Notes under the pieces: model-generated
Told to the model about the DNA's origin: nothing
Seen by the model: the letters and a program-made list of their open reading frames with translations, nothing else
The model's database searches: none
Made by a program: the position numbers and the translations under genes
Assembly (NCBI GenBank): GCA_018136815.1
Contig: CM030932.1
Location: 7,594,001-7,626,000, forward strand
Length of the DNA: 32,000 bases
Source: Isochrysis galbana
Lineage: Eukaryota
Direction: 5' to 3'
In this document: in pieces, positions 32,000 through 32,000 of the stretch
How positions within the stretch are numbered: position 1 is the first letter of the stretch
Layout: every line of letters begins with the position of its first letter

Positions 32000-32000
32000 A

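Noticed and set aside
1-32000. rRNA or tRNA genes
   Set aside because: None recognised by eye; tRNAscan or Infernal would be needed to exclude them.

Overview
Eukaryote-style 32 kb window, probably from a microalga or other protist (inference). (1) The left ~17.9 kb, minus strand, is the 5' part of a giant multimodular type I polyketide synthase (PKS) running off the left edge. Its true frame (first codon base at positions congruent to 2 mod 3) appears open from 14618 to 1. It has no stop inside the window, so it is absent from the ORF track, which shows mostly antisense or wrong-frame shadows. Domain order from the N-terminus: ACP-like, KS, DH, ER, KR, ACP, KS, DH, ER, KR, ACP, KS, DH, ER, KR, ACP, KS, DH (cut). 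No AT lies between any KS and DH, so the modules look AT-less. A 2185-bp block (2847-5031 and 7677-9861) is duplicated almost perfectly inside the gene, with breakpoints within DH and KR domains. The first extending module has degraded DH and ER motifs. (2) 18.7-23.4 kb is a retroelement graveyard: Ty3/gypsy pol remnants interrupted by a LINE-type RT, flanked by a diverged inverted repeat. (3) 24.4-25.7 kb encodes a PC-esterase/TBL-like protein. (4) 25.9-29.5 kb holds an ankyrin-like gene with a 24-bp (8-aa) repeat tail, preceded by a 5'-truncated copy of that tail. (5) 29.6-30.05 kb encodes an IS5/DUF4096-like transposase remnant with a frameshift. (6) The right edge has the C-terminal end of an S10 serine carboxypeptidase on the minus strand. 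All family calls come from motifs read by eye; no database search was run. Domain boundaries are approximate.
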